Source of the DNA: Candidatus Margulisiibacteriota bacterium
GTDB lineage: Bacteria; Margulisbacteria; WOR-1; O2-12-FULL-45-9
Length of the DNA stretch: 60,492 nt
Reading direction: 5' to 3'
Assembly (NCBI GenBank): GCA_043816785.1
Contig: JBDRHP010000044.1
Span: forward strand, 1 to 60,492
The stretch's first letter is position 1. Every line of letters begins with the position of its first letter. Below are positions 31,016 to 41,085 of this stretch, in pieces. A model generated the notes under the pieces. That model was not told where the DNA came from, searched no databases, and saw only the letters and a program-made list of their open reading frames with translations. Position numbers and translations under genes: made by a program.

Positions 31016-31327
31016 ATGCAAAAAAGAAAAATTAAAAAAGGCGATACGGTTATAGCCCTATCTGGCAAAGACAAGGGTAAAAAAGGCAAGGTCATTGAGG
31101 TCTGGCCAAAAGAAGGCCGGGTGATAGTGGAGCGAGTTAACGTGGCAAAAAAACATCAGCGGCCGTCGCGGAATTTTCAGGGAGGGATAATTGAAAAAGC
31201 CCTGCCGCTTAACATTTCAAAGATAATGCTTGTCTGTCCCAGATGCAGTGAGCCAGCCAGGGTGAAAAGCAAAGATGGGGCCAGGGCTTGCGTCCGCTGC
31301 GGCGAAGCTGTGGATAAGGTGAAATAA
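31016..31327 (+). CDS. rplX: 50S ribosomal protein L24, variant with CxxC...CxxC in the C-terminal hairpin
   Basis: [26 protein letters not shown] motif. The C-terminus reads [30 protein letters not shown] 31016 follows the rplN stop. Confidence 0.92.
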   Translation: MQKRKIKKGDTVIALSGKDKGKKGKVIEVWPKEGRVIVERVNVAKKHQRPSRNFQGGIIEKALPLNISKIMLVCPRCSEPARVKSKDGARACVRCGEAVDKVK

Positions 31328-31872
31328 TGTCAGTATTAAAACAGAAATACGAAGAAAAGATCGTACCGGCATTTTTGAAGAGTGGCGATTTTTCTAACCC
31401 GATGCAGGTGCCCCGGCTAATTAAGCTGGTGATCAATCGTGGGGTTGGGGAGGCCAGGGAAAATTCCAAGGCGATAGATGTTTCGGCCAAGGAATTGTCA
31501 GAGATAACCGGCCAAAAGCCTCTGGTGAGAAAGGCCAAGAAGTCGATCGCGGTTTTTAAGACCAGAGAAGGGATGGCGATCGGGCTCAAGGTTACCCTGC
31601 GCGGCAAGCGAATGTATGATTTTTTGGGCAAACTAATAAATATCTGCCTGCCCAAGATCAGGGACTTTAAAGGGGTTAACCCAAAATCTTTTGATGGGCG
31701 CGGCAATTATACTTTGGGGATCAAGGAACAGTTGATCTTTCCAGAAGTAAATTATGAAAAGGTCGATAGAGTTCGGGGCATGGACATAACCATTGTTACT
31801 TCTGCCAGAAATGACCAGGAGGCTAGAAAAATGTTGGAAGCGATGGGTATACCCTTTAGGAAGGAGTCCTAA
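31327..31872 (+). CDS. rplE: 50S ribosomal protein L5
   Basis: Position in the spc block and L5-like sequence ([32 protein letters not shown]). Confidence 0.95.
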   Translation: MSVLKQKYEEKIVPAFLKSGDFSNPMQVPRLIKLVINRGVGEARENSKAIDVSAKELSEITGQKPLVRKAKKSIAVFKTREGMAIGLKVTLRGKRMYDFLGKLINICLPKIRDFKGVNPKSFDGRGNYTLGIKEQLIFPEVNYEKVDRVRGMDITIVTSARNDQEARKMLEAMGIPFRKES

Positions 31873-32058
31873 ATGGCTAAAAAGGCTTGGCTGGAAAGAT
31901 TAAGAAAGGGTCCGAAATTTGCCTCCCGGCTGAAGAACCGTTGTTTTATTTGCGGCCGGGCGCGCAGCTATATTAGAAGATTTGGCGTTTGCCGAATTTG
32001 TTTTAGGAAATTGGCGCACAAGGGAGAGCTTCCTGGCGTGACCAAATCAAGTTGGTAA
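31873..32058 (+). CDS. rpsN: 30S ribosomal protein S14, zinc-binding type Z
   Basis: 61 aa with [22 protein letters not shown]. Confidence 0.93.
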   Translation: MAKKAWLERLRKGPKFASRLKNRCFICGRARSYIRRFGVCRICFRKLAHKGELPGVTKSSW

Positions 32059-32068
32059 GGAGGATTTA

Positions 32069-32461
32069 ATGACCGACCCGATTGCTGATATGTTAATTAG
32101 AATTAAGAATGCCCAGCGCATCCGCGCTGAAAATGTTGACCTGCCGCATTCTGTGATTAAGGAAAGCATTGCCAAAATCATGGTTGAAGAAGGGTATCTG
32201 GCAAAATATGGCAGTTTAAAACGCATGGACAAGAAGTTTTTGCGTCTGGCGCTTAAGTACAGACAGGACAATAAGGGCGTTGTGGTTGGCCTCAAGCGGA
32301 TCAGCAGGCCGGGCAGAAGGGTCTTTGCTGATAGTCATTCCCTGCCTCGCGTACAGGCTGGTTTTGGTACGGCGATTCTTTCAACCTCGCGCGGCGTAAT
32401 GAGTGATGAAAGCGCCCGCTCTCAAAAAGTCGGCGGAGAGGTCCTCTGCCATATTTGGTGA
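32069..32461 (+). CDS. rpsH: 30S ribosomal protein S8
   Basis: MTDPIADMLIRIKNA. Confidence 0.95.
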   Translation: MTDPIADMLIRIKNAQRIRAENVDLPHSVIKESIAKIMVEEGYLAKYGSLKRMDKKFLRLALKYRQDNKGVVVGLKRISRPGRRVFADSHSLPRVQAGFGTAILSTSRGVMSDESARSQKVGGEVLCHIW

Positions 32462-32467
32462 TAAATT

Positions 32468-33019
32468 ATGGGAAGAATAGGTAAAAGATTAATAGAAATA
32501 CCCAAAGGCGTCGAGGTTAAAGTCGTTGATGGGGTAATTAATGTTAAGGGGCCCAAGGGTACCCTGTTCCAGCAATACAACCCGGCTGTTAAGATCGAGG
32601 TTGCTGATGGTAAAGTTGCCACAATTTGTAAAGCCAAGGATCCCAAGATTATGGCTTTGCAGGGGCTTTATAATAGTTTGGTCAAGAACATGATTGATGG
32701 GGTTACCCAGGGTTTTGAGAAAAAACTGGAGCTGGTTGGTGTTGGCTACCGAGTGGCCAAACAGGGCAAAAATCTGCAAATATTAATAGGTTATTCTCAT
32801 CCTGTTAATGTTGAGCCACCGGAAGGCATTGAACTAATAGTCGAAGGGACTACTAAGATCACGGTCAAGGGTGTTGATAAACAAGTGGTGGGAGAGATTG
32901 CTGCGGAGATTCGCAGCATCAGAGAAGTTGAACCCTATAAGGGAAAAGGGATCAGGTATGTGGGAGAGAAGGTTAGGAAAAAAGCTGGTAAGGCAGCTAA
33001 GGCGGCAGCAGGAGCATAA
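32468..33019 (+). CDS. rplF: 50S ribosomal protein L6
   Basis: GRIGKRLIEIPKGVEVKV ... EPYKGKGIRY. Confidence 0.95.
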   Translation: MGRIGKRLIEIPKGVEVKVVDGVINVKGPKGTLFQQYNPAVKIEVADGKVATICKAKDPKIMALQGLYNSLVKNMIDGVTQGFEKKLELVGVGYRVAKQGKNLQILIGYSHPVNVEPPEGIELIVEGTTKITVKGVDKQVVGEIAAEIRSIREVEPYKGKGIRYVGEKVRKKAGKAAKAAAGA

Positions 33020-33325
33020 GTGATGAAAAAGAAGAAAATTTTCGGGACAAAAGAAAGACCCAGGCTATCTGTATTTAGGGGCCTCAAAAACATTCATGCT
33101 CAAATCATTGATGATGCGGCTGGCAAAACTTTGGCCGCGGTCACTAGTTTGAAAATGAAAAAAGGCGGCAACATTGCCGCAGCTAAGCAAGTCGGGCAGC
33201 AGATGGCGGAAAAAGCCAAAGCCGTTGGGATTACACAAGTGGTCTTTGACCGTGGAGCCGCGCGTTATCATGGCCGGGTCAAAGCTTTAGCTGATGCGGC
33301 CAGAGAAGGAGGATTAATTTTTTGA
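33020..33325 (+). CDS. rplR: 50S ribosomal protein L18
   Basis: [19 protein letters not shown] ... [24 protein letters not shown]. The start is GTG 33020 or ATG 33023. Confidence 0.93.
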   Translation: MMKKKKIFGTKERPRLSVFRGLKNIHAQIIDDAAGKTLAAVTSLKMKKGGNIAAAKQVGQQMAEKAKAVGITQVVFDRGAARYHGRVKALADAAREGGLIF

Positions 33326-33834
33326 GGCAGGATAGAGAAAGAGATAAAGATCAAGAATTTAAAGAGAAAGTGGTGCAGATCCGCCGTGTGACCAAGGTTG
33401 TGAAGGGTGGAAAGAAAATGGGTTTCCGGGCTGTAGTGGTGGTGGGTGACATGAAATCACGGGTCGGCCTGGGGCTGGGTAAAGCAGCTGAGGTAGCCTC
33501 AGCAATCAGAAAAGGGGCTGAGGCAGCCAAAAGAAATCTGCGTGAGGTAACAATAGTTGAGGGAACCGTACCGCATGATAGTCTTGGCAAGTTTGGCGCC
33601 AGCCAGGTGCTGCTGCGGGCCGCGCCTAGCGGAACAGGAGTTATTGCTGGTGGTGCGGTGCGCCCTATCCTGGAGCTGGCTGGAATGAAAAATATTGTAG
33701 CAAAATCAATTGGCTCAAACAATGCTATCAACGCTGCTCGGGCAACCTTGTCAGCGCTTTCCGCAATTAAGAGGCTGGACGTTGAACAGGAGCTCCGGGG
33801 TAAGGAGTTAAAAATCAAAAATGTTACAGCTTAA
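33322..33834 (+). CDS. rpsE: 30S ribosomal protein S5
   Basis: TTG start. [27 protein letters not shown]. Confidence 0.95.
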   Translation: MRQDRERDKDQEFKEKVVQIRRVTKVVKGGKKMGFRAVVVVGDMKSRVGLGLGKAAEVASAIRKGAEAAKRNLREVTIVEGTVPHDSLGKFGASQVLLRAAPSGTGVIAGGAVRPILELAGMKNIVAKSIGSNNAINAARATLSALSAIKRLDVEQELRGKELKIKNVTA

Positions 33835-34237
33835 CGACATTAAGCATAATCCGGGAGCGAAAAAGAAAATGAAGCGGGTTGGACGCGGCACCAGCTCTGG
33901 GTGGGGCAAAACCTGCGGCCGCGGCCATAAGGGACAAAAAAGCCGCAGCGGTGGCACAAAGGGCTTGCGTTTTGAAGGCGGTCAAACCCCGCTATATCGG
34001 CGTTTACCCAAGCGGGGCTTTAAGAATTCTCCTTTTAAGAAATCATTTACAGTTATCAATGTCTCGGATCTAAATGATTTTGACGGTGAAGTTAATAAAG
34101 AGATATTAAAGATTTCCGGCTTACTTAAGATTTTGGGCAATGGCGAAATAACAAAGACCTTAAATGTTAAGGCTGATAAGTTCTCAGAATCAGCCAGGAA
34201 AAAGATCGAGGCTGCTGGAGGAAAATGCTTAACGTAA
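33821..34237 (+). CDS. rplO: 50S ribosomal protein L15
   Basis: [27 protein letters not shown]. It overlaps the rpsE end, leaving no room for rpmD. Confidence 0.95.
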   Translation: MLQLNDIKHNPGAKKKMKRVGRGTSSGWGKTCGRGHKGQKSRSGGTKGLRFEGGQTPLYRRLPKRGFKNSPFKKSFTVINVSDLNDFDGEVNKEILKISGLLKILGNGEITKTLNVKADKFSESARKKIEAAGGKCLT

Positions 34238-35487
34238 TTTCCGGAATTTTTAATATTCATGACCTAAGGAAAAAATTTCTTTACACCTTAGGCATGATCA
34301 TTTTGTTCCGCCTGGGGTCTCATATCCCAGTGGCGGGCATTGATGCTGCCAAGCTGGCTAATATGTTTGGCAAAGGCAATATCATGGGCTTCCTCGATCT
34401 ATTTACCGGTGGGGCGCTAATGCGTTTCTCTATTTTTGCCATGGGTATTATTCCTTTTATCAATGCTTCGATCATTATGCAGCTGCTGACCGTAGTTATC
34501 CCTCAGCTGGAGGAACTTTCAAAGGAAGGGGAGGCCGGCCGCAAGCAGATTCAAAAATACACCAGATATTTAACTGTTGTCCTGGCTGCTTTTCAGGGTT
34601 TTGGCATGTCCTTTTGGATGAAGGGAGCGATGCTTGAGGGCTACAGTTTTATGTTTTTCTTGATCGGCACGATAGTTTCTCTGACTGCTGGCAGCACACT
34701 GGTGATGTGGTTTTCCGAGCTTATTACTGATCACGGAATTGGCAATGGCGCCTCTTTATTGATCTTTACTGGTATTGTTTCCCGCATCCCGTCCTACATT
34801 GCTCAGACCGTTACTTTGGTCCGGGGAGGGGCATCTATAATCTCCGTAGGCATTTTATTGGCCGCCTTTTTAGTCATGATCGTGGGAATTGTTATTATTC
34901 AAGAGGGCCAACGACGCATTCCGGTCCAGTACGCAAAACGTATTGTTGGCAGGAAAATGTACGGGGGCCAGAGCACTTTTATCCCGCTGCGAATAAACCA
35001 GGGCGGGGTCATCCCGATCATTTTTGCTTCCTCAGTGCTGCTTTTTCCGGCTACCATTGGCCAATTTATTCCTAATCCATTGGTGCAAAAGGTGGTCAGC
35101 TGGATCTCGCCAGCCGGGTCCCTTTACATGGTATTTTTCTTTGCGTTAATATTTTTCTTTACCTATTTTTATACGGCCATTACTTTTAATCCGGTTGAAC
35201 TAGCTGATAATATCAAAAAATACGGTGGTTTTGTTATGGGGATCAGGCCGGGGCGGCCGACCGCGCAGTATTTAGAATATGTTATTTCTCGTTTAACTTT
35301 AGTCGGAGCCTTGTTTTTGGCTACGATTGCCATTGTTCCAACGGTTGTGGAGCGGTTCACCCATGTTACTTCTTTTCAGGGATTGGGAGGAACAGCTCTT
35401 TTGATCATGGTTGGCGTGGCCATGGACCTTGTTAGACAAATTGAAACTCATTTGATCACCCGTCAGTATGAGGGTCTGTTAGCGTGA
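34225..35487 (+). CDS. secY: Preprotein translocase subunit SecY
   Basis: Ten-TM protein with SecY motifs ([33 protein letters not shown]). Confidence 0.96.
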   Translation: MLNVISGIFNIHDLRKKFLYTLGMIILFRLGSHIPVAGIDAAKLANMFGKGNIMGFLDLFTGGALMRFSIFAMGIIPFINASIIMQLLTVVIPQLEELSKEGEAGRKQIQKYTRYLTVVLAAFQGFGMSFWMKGAMLEGYSFMFFLIGTIVSLTAGSTLVMWFSELITDHGIGNGASLLIFTGIVSRIPSYIAQTVTLVRGGASIISVGILLAAFLVMIVGIVIIQEGQRRIPVQYAKRIVGRKMYGGQSTFIPLRINQGGVIPIIFASSVLLFPATIGQFIPNPLVQKVVSWISPAGSLYMVFFFALIFFFTYFYTAITFNPVELADNIKKYGGFVMGIRPGRPTAQYLEYVISRLTLVGALFLATIAIVPTVVERFTHVTSFQGLGGTALLIMVGVAMDLVRQIETHLITRQYEGLLA

Positions 35488-36137
35488 AATTGGTTTTTTT
35501 CGGGCCGCCTGGTTCTGGCAAGGGTACCCAGGCTAAGCTATTAACGGAAAAATTCAAGCTACCCCATATCTCTTTAGGTGATATGTTGCGCCAGGAGGTC
35601 CGAGCAGAAAGCGACATTGGCCAGCGGGCCAAGGCACTGATAAACGCGGGCAAACTGGTGCCGGATGAGTTGACGATCGAGTTGACCAGACAAAGGCTGA
35701 ACAAGCCAGACTGTAAAAATGGTTTTGTCCTGGATGGTTATCCGCGATCGCAGGCTCAGGCCGACGCCCTGGAAGAGATCCTGGCGGATCTTAAATGGCA
35801 GCTTGATAAAATGGTTTACTTTCAGGTTGATGAAGATAAGGTGGTAGAACGGCTGTCCGGCCGCCGCAGCTGCAAAACCTGTGGGGCGGTTTATCATGTA
35901 AAGTTCAACCAGCCGAAGGTTGCTGGTAAATGTGACCAGGATGGTTCTGAACTTTATCAGAGGAAAGATGATGTTGAATCAGCCATCAGAACCAGGTTTG
36001 AGGTTTATGCCGAACAAACAGAACCGCTGCTTGAACGCTATAAAAAATCTGAAAAATTGGCGACCGTTGAAGCAGCTGGCTCAATTGAGCAAGTTTTTAA
36101 GAGGTTATTGACCGTTATTGGTTATGGCGGCAATTAA
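35484..36137 (+). CDS. adk: Adenylate kinase (zinc-lid type)
   Basis: GTG start. GPPGSGKGTQA P-loop and lid CKTCGAVYH...KCDQDG. Confidence 0.95.
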   Translation: MKLVFFGPPGSGKGTQAKLLTEKFKLPHISLGDMLRQEVRAESDIGQRAKALINAGKLVPDELTIELTRQRLNKPDCKNGFVLDGYPRSQAQADALEEILADLKWQLDKMVYFQVDEDKVVERLSGRRSCKTCGAVYHVKFNQPKVAGKCDQDGSELYQRKDDVESAIRTRFEVYAEQTEPLLERYKKSEKLATVEAAGSIEQVFKRLLTVIGYGGN

Positions 36138-36885
36138 ACTAAAGACTGCCGAAGAGATTGAGCGGATCAGAAAGGCCTGTCAGATCGTTGCCTGGGTGCT
36201 AAAACGCGCCGGCAAAGTGATCAAGCCGGGCATGACAACTAAGGACCTTGATAGTTTTTGTGATAAGTTGATTAGGGAAAAGGGCGGTACGCCGGTTTTT
36301 ATCGGGTATCGCGGTTATCGCCATGCTACTTGTATCTCAGTTAATTCTGAGATCGTACACGGTATTCCCGGAGAAAAAGTGCTGCAAACAGGCGATATTG
36401 TTAGTCTGGATGTAGGAGCTAAGCTGGCTGGCTACTGTGGCGACTCTGCTGTTACTTTTCCTGTTGGCAAGGTGTCCAGCAAGGCGAGTAAATTGTTGCG
36501 GACCACGAAGGCTGCGCTGACGGCGGGAATAAAGCAGGCTAGGGTTGGTAACCATTTGGGGGATATTTCGGCTGCTGTTCAAAAAGTGGCGGAAACTGGT
36601 GGTTATACTGTAGTACGCGAACTTTTTGGACATGGCATAGGTGCTGACCTGCATGAGGATCCCCTGATCCCTAATTTTGGGCGGCCTGGAGAAGGACCCT
36701 TGTTAAAGCCAGGCATGGTCCTGGCAATTGAACCGATGCTTAATATGGGAGGCTGGAAGATCAAAACATTGGCTGACGGATGGACGGTGGTTACGGCCGA
36801 TAAAAGCCTATCCTGCCATTTTGAGCATACCGTTCTGATCAGTGAACGCGGACCGGAGATTTTGACTGAGCGAGCAGGGTTATGA
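36124..36885 (+). CDS. map: Type I methionine aminopeptidase
   Basis: Metal ligands in the context [24 protein letters not shown] and FEHT. Confidence 0.93.
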   Translation: MAAIKLKTAEEIERIRKACQIVAWVLKRAGKVIKPGMTTKDLDSFCDKLIREKGGTPVFIGYRGYRHATCISVNSEIVHGIPGEKVLQTGDIVSLDVGAKLAGYCGDSAVTFPVGKVSSKASKLLRTTKAALTAGIKQARVGNHLGDISAAVQKVAETGGYTVVRELFGHGIGADLHEDPLIPNFGRPGEGPLLKPGMVLAIEPMLNMGGWKIKTLADGWTVVTADKSLSCHFEHTVLISERGPEILTERAGL

Positions 36886-37103
36886 TTAAAGAAAAAGATG
36901 TAATTGAGCTGGTGGGAGAAATTACCGAGGCATTGCCCAATGCGATGTTTCGGGTGAAGTTGGAAACTGGGCAGCTGATTCTGGCGCATGTTTCTGGCAA
37001 GATCCGCAGACATTGGATAAGAATTTTGCCCGGCGACAAGGTGAAGGTGGAACTTTCCCCCTACGACCTGACCCGCGGCCGGATTACTTATCGGATGAAA
37101 TAG
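36882..37103 (+). CDS. infA: Translation initiation factor IF-1
   Basis: [37 protein letters not shown]. Confidence 0.95.
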   Translation: MIKEKDVIELVGEITEALPNAMFRVKLETGQLILAHVSGKIRRHWIRILPGDKVKVELSPYDLTRGRITYRMK

Positions 37104-37117
37104 AGGTAAATAATATT

Positions 37118-37231
37118 ATGAAAGTAAGATCATCGGTTAAAAAAATATGTGAGCTATGCAAGGTCGTGCGACGTCACGGCAGGGTCTACATTATTTGTGA
37201 AAACCCGAAACACAAACAAAGACAGGGTTAG
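37118..37231 (+). CDS. rpmJ: 50S ribosomal protein L36 (zinc form)
   Basis: [37 protein letters not shown]. Only the last 38 codons of ORF 37013-37231 belong to the gene. Confidence 0.92.
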   Translation: MKVRSSVKKICELCKVVRRHGRVYIICENPKHKQRQG

Positions 37232-37252
37232 TTAAGGAGGGAAAAGAAAAAG

Positions 37253-37636
37253 ATGGTCAGAATTGTCGGAGTAGATTTACCGCCGAATAAGAACGTTGAG
37301 ATTGGGTTGACCTATATATACGGGATCGGGTCTTCCCTGAGCAAGGAGATCTTGGTAAAAGCAGGCATTGATCCTTTCCGCAAGATCAAAGATCTGAGCG
37401 ATGCCGATGTTGTGGCGATCCGTGACGCAATCAAGGGTTTTCCAGTCGAGGGAGATCTGCGCAGGGATATTTCGATGAGTATCAAGCGTTTAATGGATAT
37501 TGGCACCTACCGTGGCTCTCGCCATCGCAAGGGTTTGCCGGGTCGCGGTCAACGTACCAAGACTAATGGCCGGACCAAAAGAGGCAAGAGAAAAACAGTT
37601 GGCTTAGGCAAGAGAAAAGAGGAGGAGAAAACATAA
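37253..37636 (+). CDS. rpsM: 30S ribosomal protein S13
   Basis: [25 protein letters not shown]. Confidence 0.95.
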   Translation: MVRIVGVDLPPNKNVEIGLTYIYGIGSSLSKEILVKAGIDPFRKIKDLSDADVVAIRDAIKGFPVEGDLRRDISMSIKRLMDIGTYRGSRHRKGLPGRGQRTKTNGRTKRGKRKTVGLGKRKEEEKT

Positions 37637-37642
37637 AGTATT

Positions 37643-38041
37643 ATGGCAAATCAAGAAAAACCTACTGCAGTTCGCAAGAAAAAGCATAAAAGAGTTGCTG
37701 CGCTTGGGGTCGCTCATATCAAAGCGACTTTTAACAATACGGTGGTTTCCATCACTGACGAAAGCGGAGCGGTCGTTGCCTGGTCATCGTCCGGGGCAGT
37801 CGGCTTTAAGGGGACCAAAAAGGGGACTCCCTTTGCCGCTTCTTCAGCGGCTGATGCGGCCGCCAGGAAAGCGATCGAAGCTGGTATGAAGGAAGTAAAT
37901 GTCTTAGTGAAAGGCCCGGGTTCCGGCCGGGAGACGGCTATTCGAGCTCTCCAAGCGGCAGGCCTGGAGGTCAATTCAATCAAGGATGTAACACCAATTC
38001 CGCATAACGGTTGTCGTCCGCCAAAAAGGAGAAGGGTCTAA
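37643..38041 (+). CDS. rpsK: 30S ribosomal protein S11
   Basis: [18 protein letters not shown] ... [16 protein letters not shown]. Confidence 0.95.
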   Translation: MANQEKPTAVRKKKHKRVAALGVAHIKATFNNTVVSITDESGAVVAWSSSGAVGFKGTKKGTPFAASSAADAAARKAIEAGMKEVNVLVKGPGSGRETAIRALQAAGLEVNSIKDVTPIPHNGCRPPKRRRV

Positions 38042-38664
38042 TGGGTAGGCACACTCAGGCAAAATGTAAGCTTTGTCGGCGAGAAAACGAAAAACTATTC
38101 TTAAAGGGCGAAAAATGCCTGTCCGCAAAATGCCCGTTTACCCGCCGTGCTTATGCTCCGGGACAACATGGGAATTCTAAACGGCGGAAGAGTGATTCTG
38201 AGTATGGGATCCGCCTCCGTGAGAAGCAAAAGGCGCGCAGGATTTACGGCTTGACCGAAGGTCAGTTCGAAGGCTATTTTGATGTAGCCGTTAGAAAGAA
38301 AGGCGCGACTGGTGAGAAGCTGCTGGAATTTTTAGAGAGGCGTTTGGATAATGTTGTTTATCGTTTGGGCTTTGCCCCTTCGCGTCAGGCTGCCCGGCAG
38401 CTGGTGCGACATGGCGGGGTTGAGGTAAACGGCCAAAAGACGAATATCCCTTCCTGCCAGACAAAACCTGGCGATGCTATCAAGATAAGACCAAGGGTAA
38501 TTGCCTTGGTCAAAGCGAATCAGGAAAAATTCCCGGATCACACGCCGCCTGTTTGGCTGACGCAGAAATCCGACAACGAAGGCGAAATTGTTGCTGTGCC
38601 AAAACGCGAAGAGATTGATACTGTGCTCGAAGAACATTTGATCGTTGAGTATTATTCTCGTTAA
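38041..38664 (+). CDS. rpsD: 30S ribosomal protein S4 (Cys-rich zinc-finger N-terminus)
   Basis: ATG 38041 overlaps the rps[36 protein letters not shown] and an S4 domain. Confidence 0.93.
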   Translation: MGRHTQAKCKLCRRENEKLFLKGEKCLSAKCPFTRRAYAPGQHGNSKRRKSDSEYGIRLREKQKARRIYGLTEGQFEGYFDVAVRKKGATGEKLLEFLERRLDNVVYRLGFAPSRQAARQLVRHGGVEVNGQKTNIPSCQTKPGDAIKIRPRVIALVKANQEKFPDHTPPVWLTQKSDNEGEIVAVPKREEIDTVLEEHLIVEYYSR

Positions 38665-38689
38665 GCGATAAGGATAAGGAGGAAAAAGA

Positions 38690-39640
38690 ATGATAATTAC
38701 CGTTGGAGAAAAACCCTGGGTACGAGCCGCTGAAGTTACTGAAAATTATGGACAGTTTGTGGTGGAACCGCTGGAGCGCGGCTTTGGCGCAACTTTAGGT
38801 AACTCATTGCGGCGAGTGTTGCTTTCCTCGCTTTACGGAGCGTCGGTGACCGCGCTGAAAATCGAAGGCGTGTCGCATCCCTTTGCCACCCTTCCTGGAG
38901 TGGTTGATAATGTGCTGCAGATCATGCTTAATTTAAAAGAGGTAGTTATCCGTTCGCATTCAGAGCAGCCCAAAACCGTAAAAATAAAGGCCAAAGGGAA
39001 AGGGAATGTCACAGCTGGGGATATTGATCACGATGCTGAAATCGAGATCGTTAATCCTGAGCAGGTCATTGCCACGCTGGACAGCGCCGGGAAGTTGGAA
39101 ATGGAACTGATCATAGAACGCGGGCGCGGCTTTGTCCCGGCTGAACGGAATAAAAAAAACAGTTTGCCGGTCGGTTATATAGCGACTGATTCGCTCTTTG
39201 CTCCGGTGCTGAAAGTAAATCTTTCCACTGAAGAAGTTCGGGTCGGCCAGGAGATCAATTATGATCGTTTGATCCTATCAGTCTGGACCAATGGCAGCAT
39301 TAAAGCGGACGAGGCTGTTAAAGAAAGCGCTAAGATCCTGGCCAGGCACGTTGATCTTTTTGTGCACCTGGGAGAAAGGGGTGAGATTCTGGGTGTTGAA
39401 CCGGAAAGAAAGTCCGAGGTGCCGGAATCCATTCTAGAAATGAGCATTGAGGACCTGGAGCTTTCAGCCCGATCCTTGAATTGCTTGAAAAATGCCGCGG
39501 TCAAGACAGTTGGCGAATTGATCTCCAATTCAGAACCGGATCTGATGAAGTTTAAGAATTTTGGTTCCAAGTCTTTAGATGAAGTGCGTGAGAAATTGGC
39601 GGAATATAAACTGGCGTTAAAGGGAGAGAAGGTAGAGTGA
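38690..39640 (+). CDS. rpoA: DNA-directed RNA polymerase subunit alpha
   Basis: GQFVVEPLERGFGATLGNSLRRVLLSS and C-terminal domain LELSARSLNCLKNA. Confidence 0.96.
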   Translation: MIITVGEKPWVRAAEVTENYGQFVVEPLERGFGATLGNSLRRVLLSSLYGASVTALKIEGVSHPFATLPGVVDNVLQIMLNLKEVVIRSHSEQPKTVKIKAKGKGNVTAGDIDHDAEIEIVNPEQVIATLDSAGKLEMELIIERGRGFVPAERNKKNSLPVGYIATDSLFAPVLKVNLSTEEVRVGQEINYDRLILSVWTNGSIKADEAVKESAKILARHVDLFVHLGERGEILGVEPERKSEVPESILEMSIEDLELSARSLNCLKNAAVKTVGELISNSEPDLMKFKNFGSKSLDEVREKLAEYKLALKGEKVE

Positions 39641-39987
39641 GACACAGTAGAGGCAACAGAAAACTAGGCAAGCCAACAGATCAGCGTTTGGCCATGCTTA
39701 AATCAATTGTTCGTTCCCTGTTCCTGCACGGTCGGATCGAGGTTACGCTGCCCCGGGCAAAGGAAGCCAGGAAAATGGCGGAAAAGCTGATCTCAATCTC
39801 CAAGAAGAATAATCTGCATGCCAGAAGGCAGGTCGAATCATTTTTGGGTGATAGAGCAATTACTTCTACGGTCTTTAAGACCCTGCCGGAACGCTTTGAG
39901 GGTAGGGCTGGTGGTTTTACCCGGGTCGTCAAAACAGGTTTCCGCCGCGGGGATGCAGCGCCCATGGCAGTTCTTGAACTGTTATAG
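39637..39987 (+). CDS. rplQ: 50S ribosomal protein L17
   Basis: GTG start. MRHSRGNRKLGKPTDQRLAMLKS. Confidence 0.94.
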   Translation: MRHSRGNRKLGKPTDQRLAMLKSIVRSLFLHGRIEVTLPRAKEARKMAEKLISISKKNNLHARRQVESFLGDRAITSTVFKTLPERFEGRAGGFTRVVKTGFRRGDAAPMAVLELL

Positions 39988-40003
39988 TCAGGAGAGTAGT
40001 TAA

Positions 40004-40441
40004 ATGAAGAAAAATAAAACGATTTTTACTAGAAAAGAGGACGTAGACAGGAATTGGTACCAGGTTGACGCGTCCGGTAAGATTTTGGGCCGGTTAGCGA
40101 CCAAGGTTGCCACTTATCTTCGCGGCAAACACAAACCGATCTTCTCACCCCAGGCTGATTGCGGCGACTTTATTGTAGTGATCAACGCGGACAAGGTCCG
40201 GGTGACTGGAAAAAAGTCCAAGCAGAAAATTTATTTTACCCATTCCGGCTATTCTGGAGGGAAAAAACTGCTGACCTTAGAAAAGATGATGGAGCAAAAA
40301 TCTGATGAGGTGGTCCGCCTGGCCGTATCTGGCATGTTACCGAAGAACCGCTTGGGCCGGCAAATAATTAAGAAGCTTAAGGTTTATTCCGGGGCAGAGC
40401 ATCCGCACCAAGCCCATAAAATCCAGAAACTTGAGGTGTAA
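40004..40441 (+). CDS. rplM: 50S ribosomal protein L13
   Basis: WYQVDASGKILGRLATKVATYLRGKHKP. Confidence 0.95.
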   Translation: MKKNKTIFTRKEDVDRNWYQVDASGKILGRLATKVATYLRGKHKPIFSPQADCGDFIVVINADKVRVTGKKSKQKIYFTHSGYSGGKKLLTLEKMMEQKSDEVVRLAVSGMLPKNRLGRQIIKKLKVYSGAEHPHQAHKIQKLEV

Positions 40442-40470
40442 TCCTTCGACAAGCTCAGGAGGCGTAGGAA

Positions 40471-41079
40471 ATGGCAGAAAATAAGAAATCAAAGACCACG
40501 AAAAAAAAGTCGACCAAGCCCAAGAAGACGACAAAGAAAGCCACGGCAAAAGAAGCGGCTCCCAAGGTAGCAGAGATAAAAATCACGGAAACAGAAGAAG
40601 TAAGAGAGCAGCCTGCTGTGGTAGCGGCTCCGGAGACTGTTTCTGAGGAGACGGTCGTTGCTAAACCTAAAAAAGTGCCGCTGCCCAAGGGACAAAAGTA
40701 TTATGGTACGGGTCGCCGGAAAGAGGCGATTGCTAAGGTTTGGTTAAAGGCCGGGTCGGGTAATTTTGTGGTCAATGGTAAGGGACTGATGGAATATTTT
40801 TGTGGTAGAAAGCTCCTGGAATATCAGGTGCTGCGTCCTTTGCGGGTTACAAATACCCTGGCCAACTATGATGTATTTGTGAGGGCTTATGGAGGCGGGA
40901 TCCCTGGTCAAGCAGGAGCAGTTTCCATGGGGATTGCCCGGGCCCTGCTGGAGGTCAGTCCGGATTTCAGGGTAAAGTTAAAAAGGGAAGGTTTGTTACG
41001 GCGTGATCCACGCATGAAGGAGCGCAAGAAATACGGTCTCAAACGCGCTCGCAAGGCCTTCCAATATACAAAGAGGTAA
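40471..41079 (+). CDS. rpsI: 30S ribosomal protein S9 with about 70-aa Lys/Thr/Glu-rich N-terminal extension
   Basis: The core starts at YYGTGRRKEAIAKVWL and ends KARKAFQYTKR. It is preceded by KKSKTTKKKSTKPKKTTKKATAKE... Confidence 0.93.
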   Translation: MAENKKSKTTKKKSTKPKKTTKKATAKEAAPKVAEIKITETEEVREQPAVVAAPETVSEETVVAKPKKVPLPKGQKYYGTGRRKEAIAKVWLKAGSGNFVVNGKGLMEYFCGRKLLEYQVLRPLRVTNTLANYDVFVRAYGGGIPGQAGAVSMGIARALLEVSPDFRVKLKREGLLRRDPRMKERKKYGLKRARKAFQYTKR

Positions 41080-41085
41080 AAATTT

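Noticed and set aside
33351-33818. 155-aa minus-strand ORF antisense to rpsE. Similar long antisense ORFs occur at 27948-28403, 16489-16956, 24571-25122, 13739-14164 and 14875-15336.
   Set aside because: All lie fully inside highly conserved ribosomal, rpoB or fusA genes. They have no Shine-Dalgarno site or promoter, and their composition is low-complexity (Ser/Pro/Arg/Ala-rich). They are shadow ORFs of the real genes.
33821-33834. Missing L30 taken as evidence for a CPR (Patescibacteria) origin.
   Set aside because: The window encodes L1, purD, serA, ahcY, a secretin, lgt/lspA and large biosynthetic enzymes. That content does not fit a reduced CPR genome. Other lineages also lack L30, so placement needs a phylogeny.
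37013-37117. N-terminal 35 codons of the ORF-track entry 37013-37231.
   Set aside because: This part overlaps the infA 3' end in another frame. Only the last 38 codons (37118-37231) match L36, which has its own ATG.
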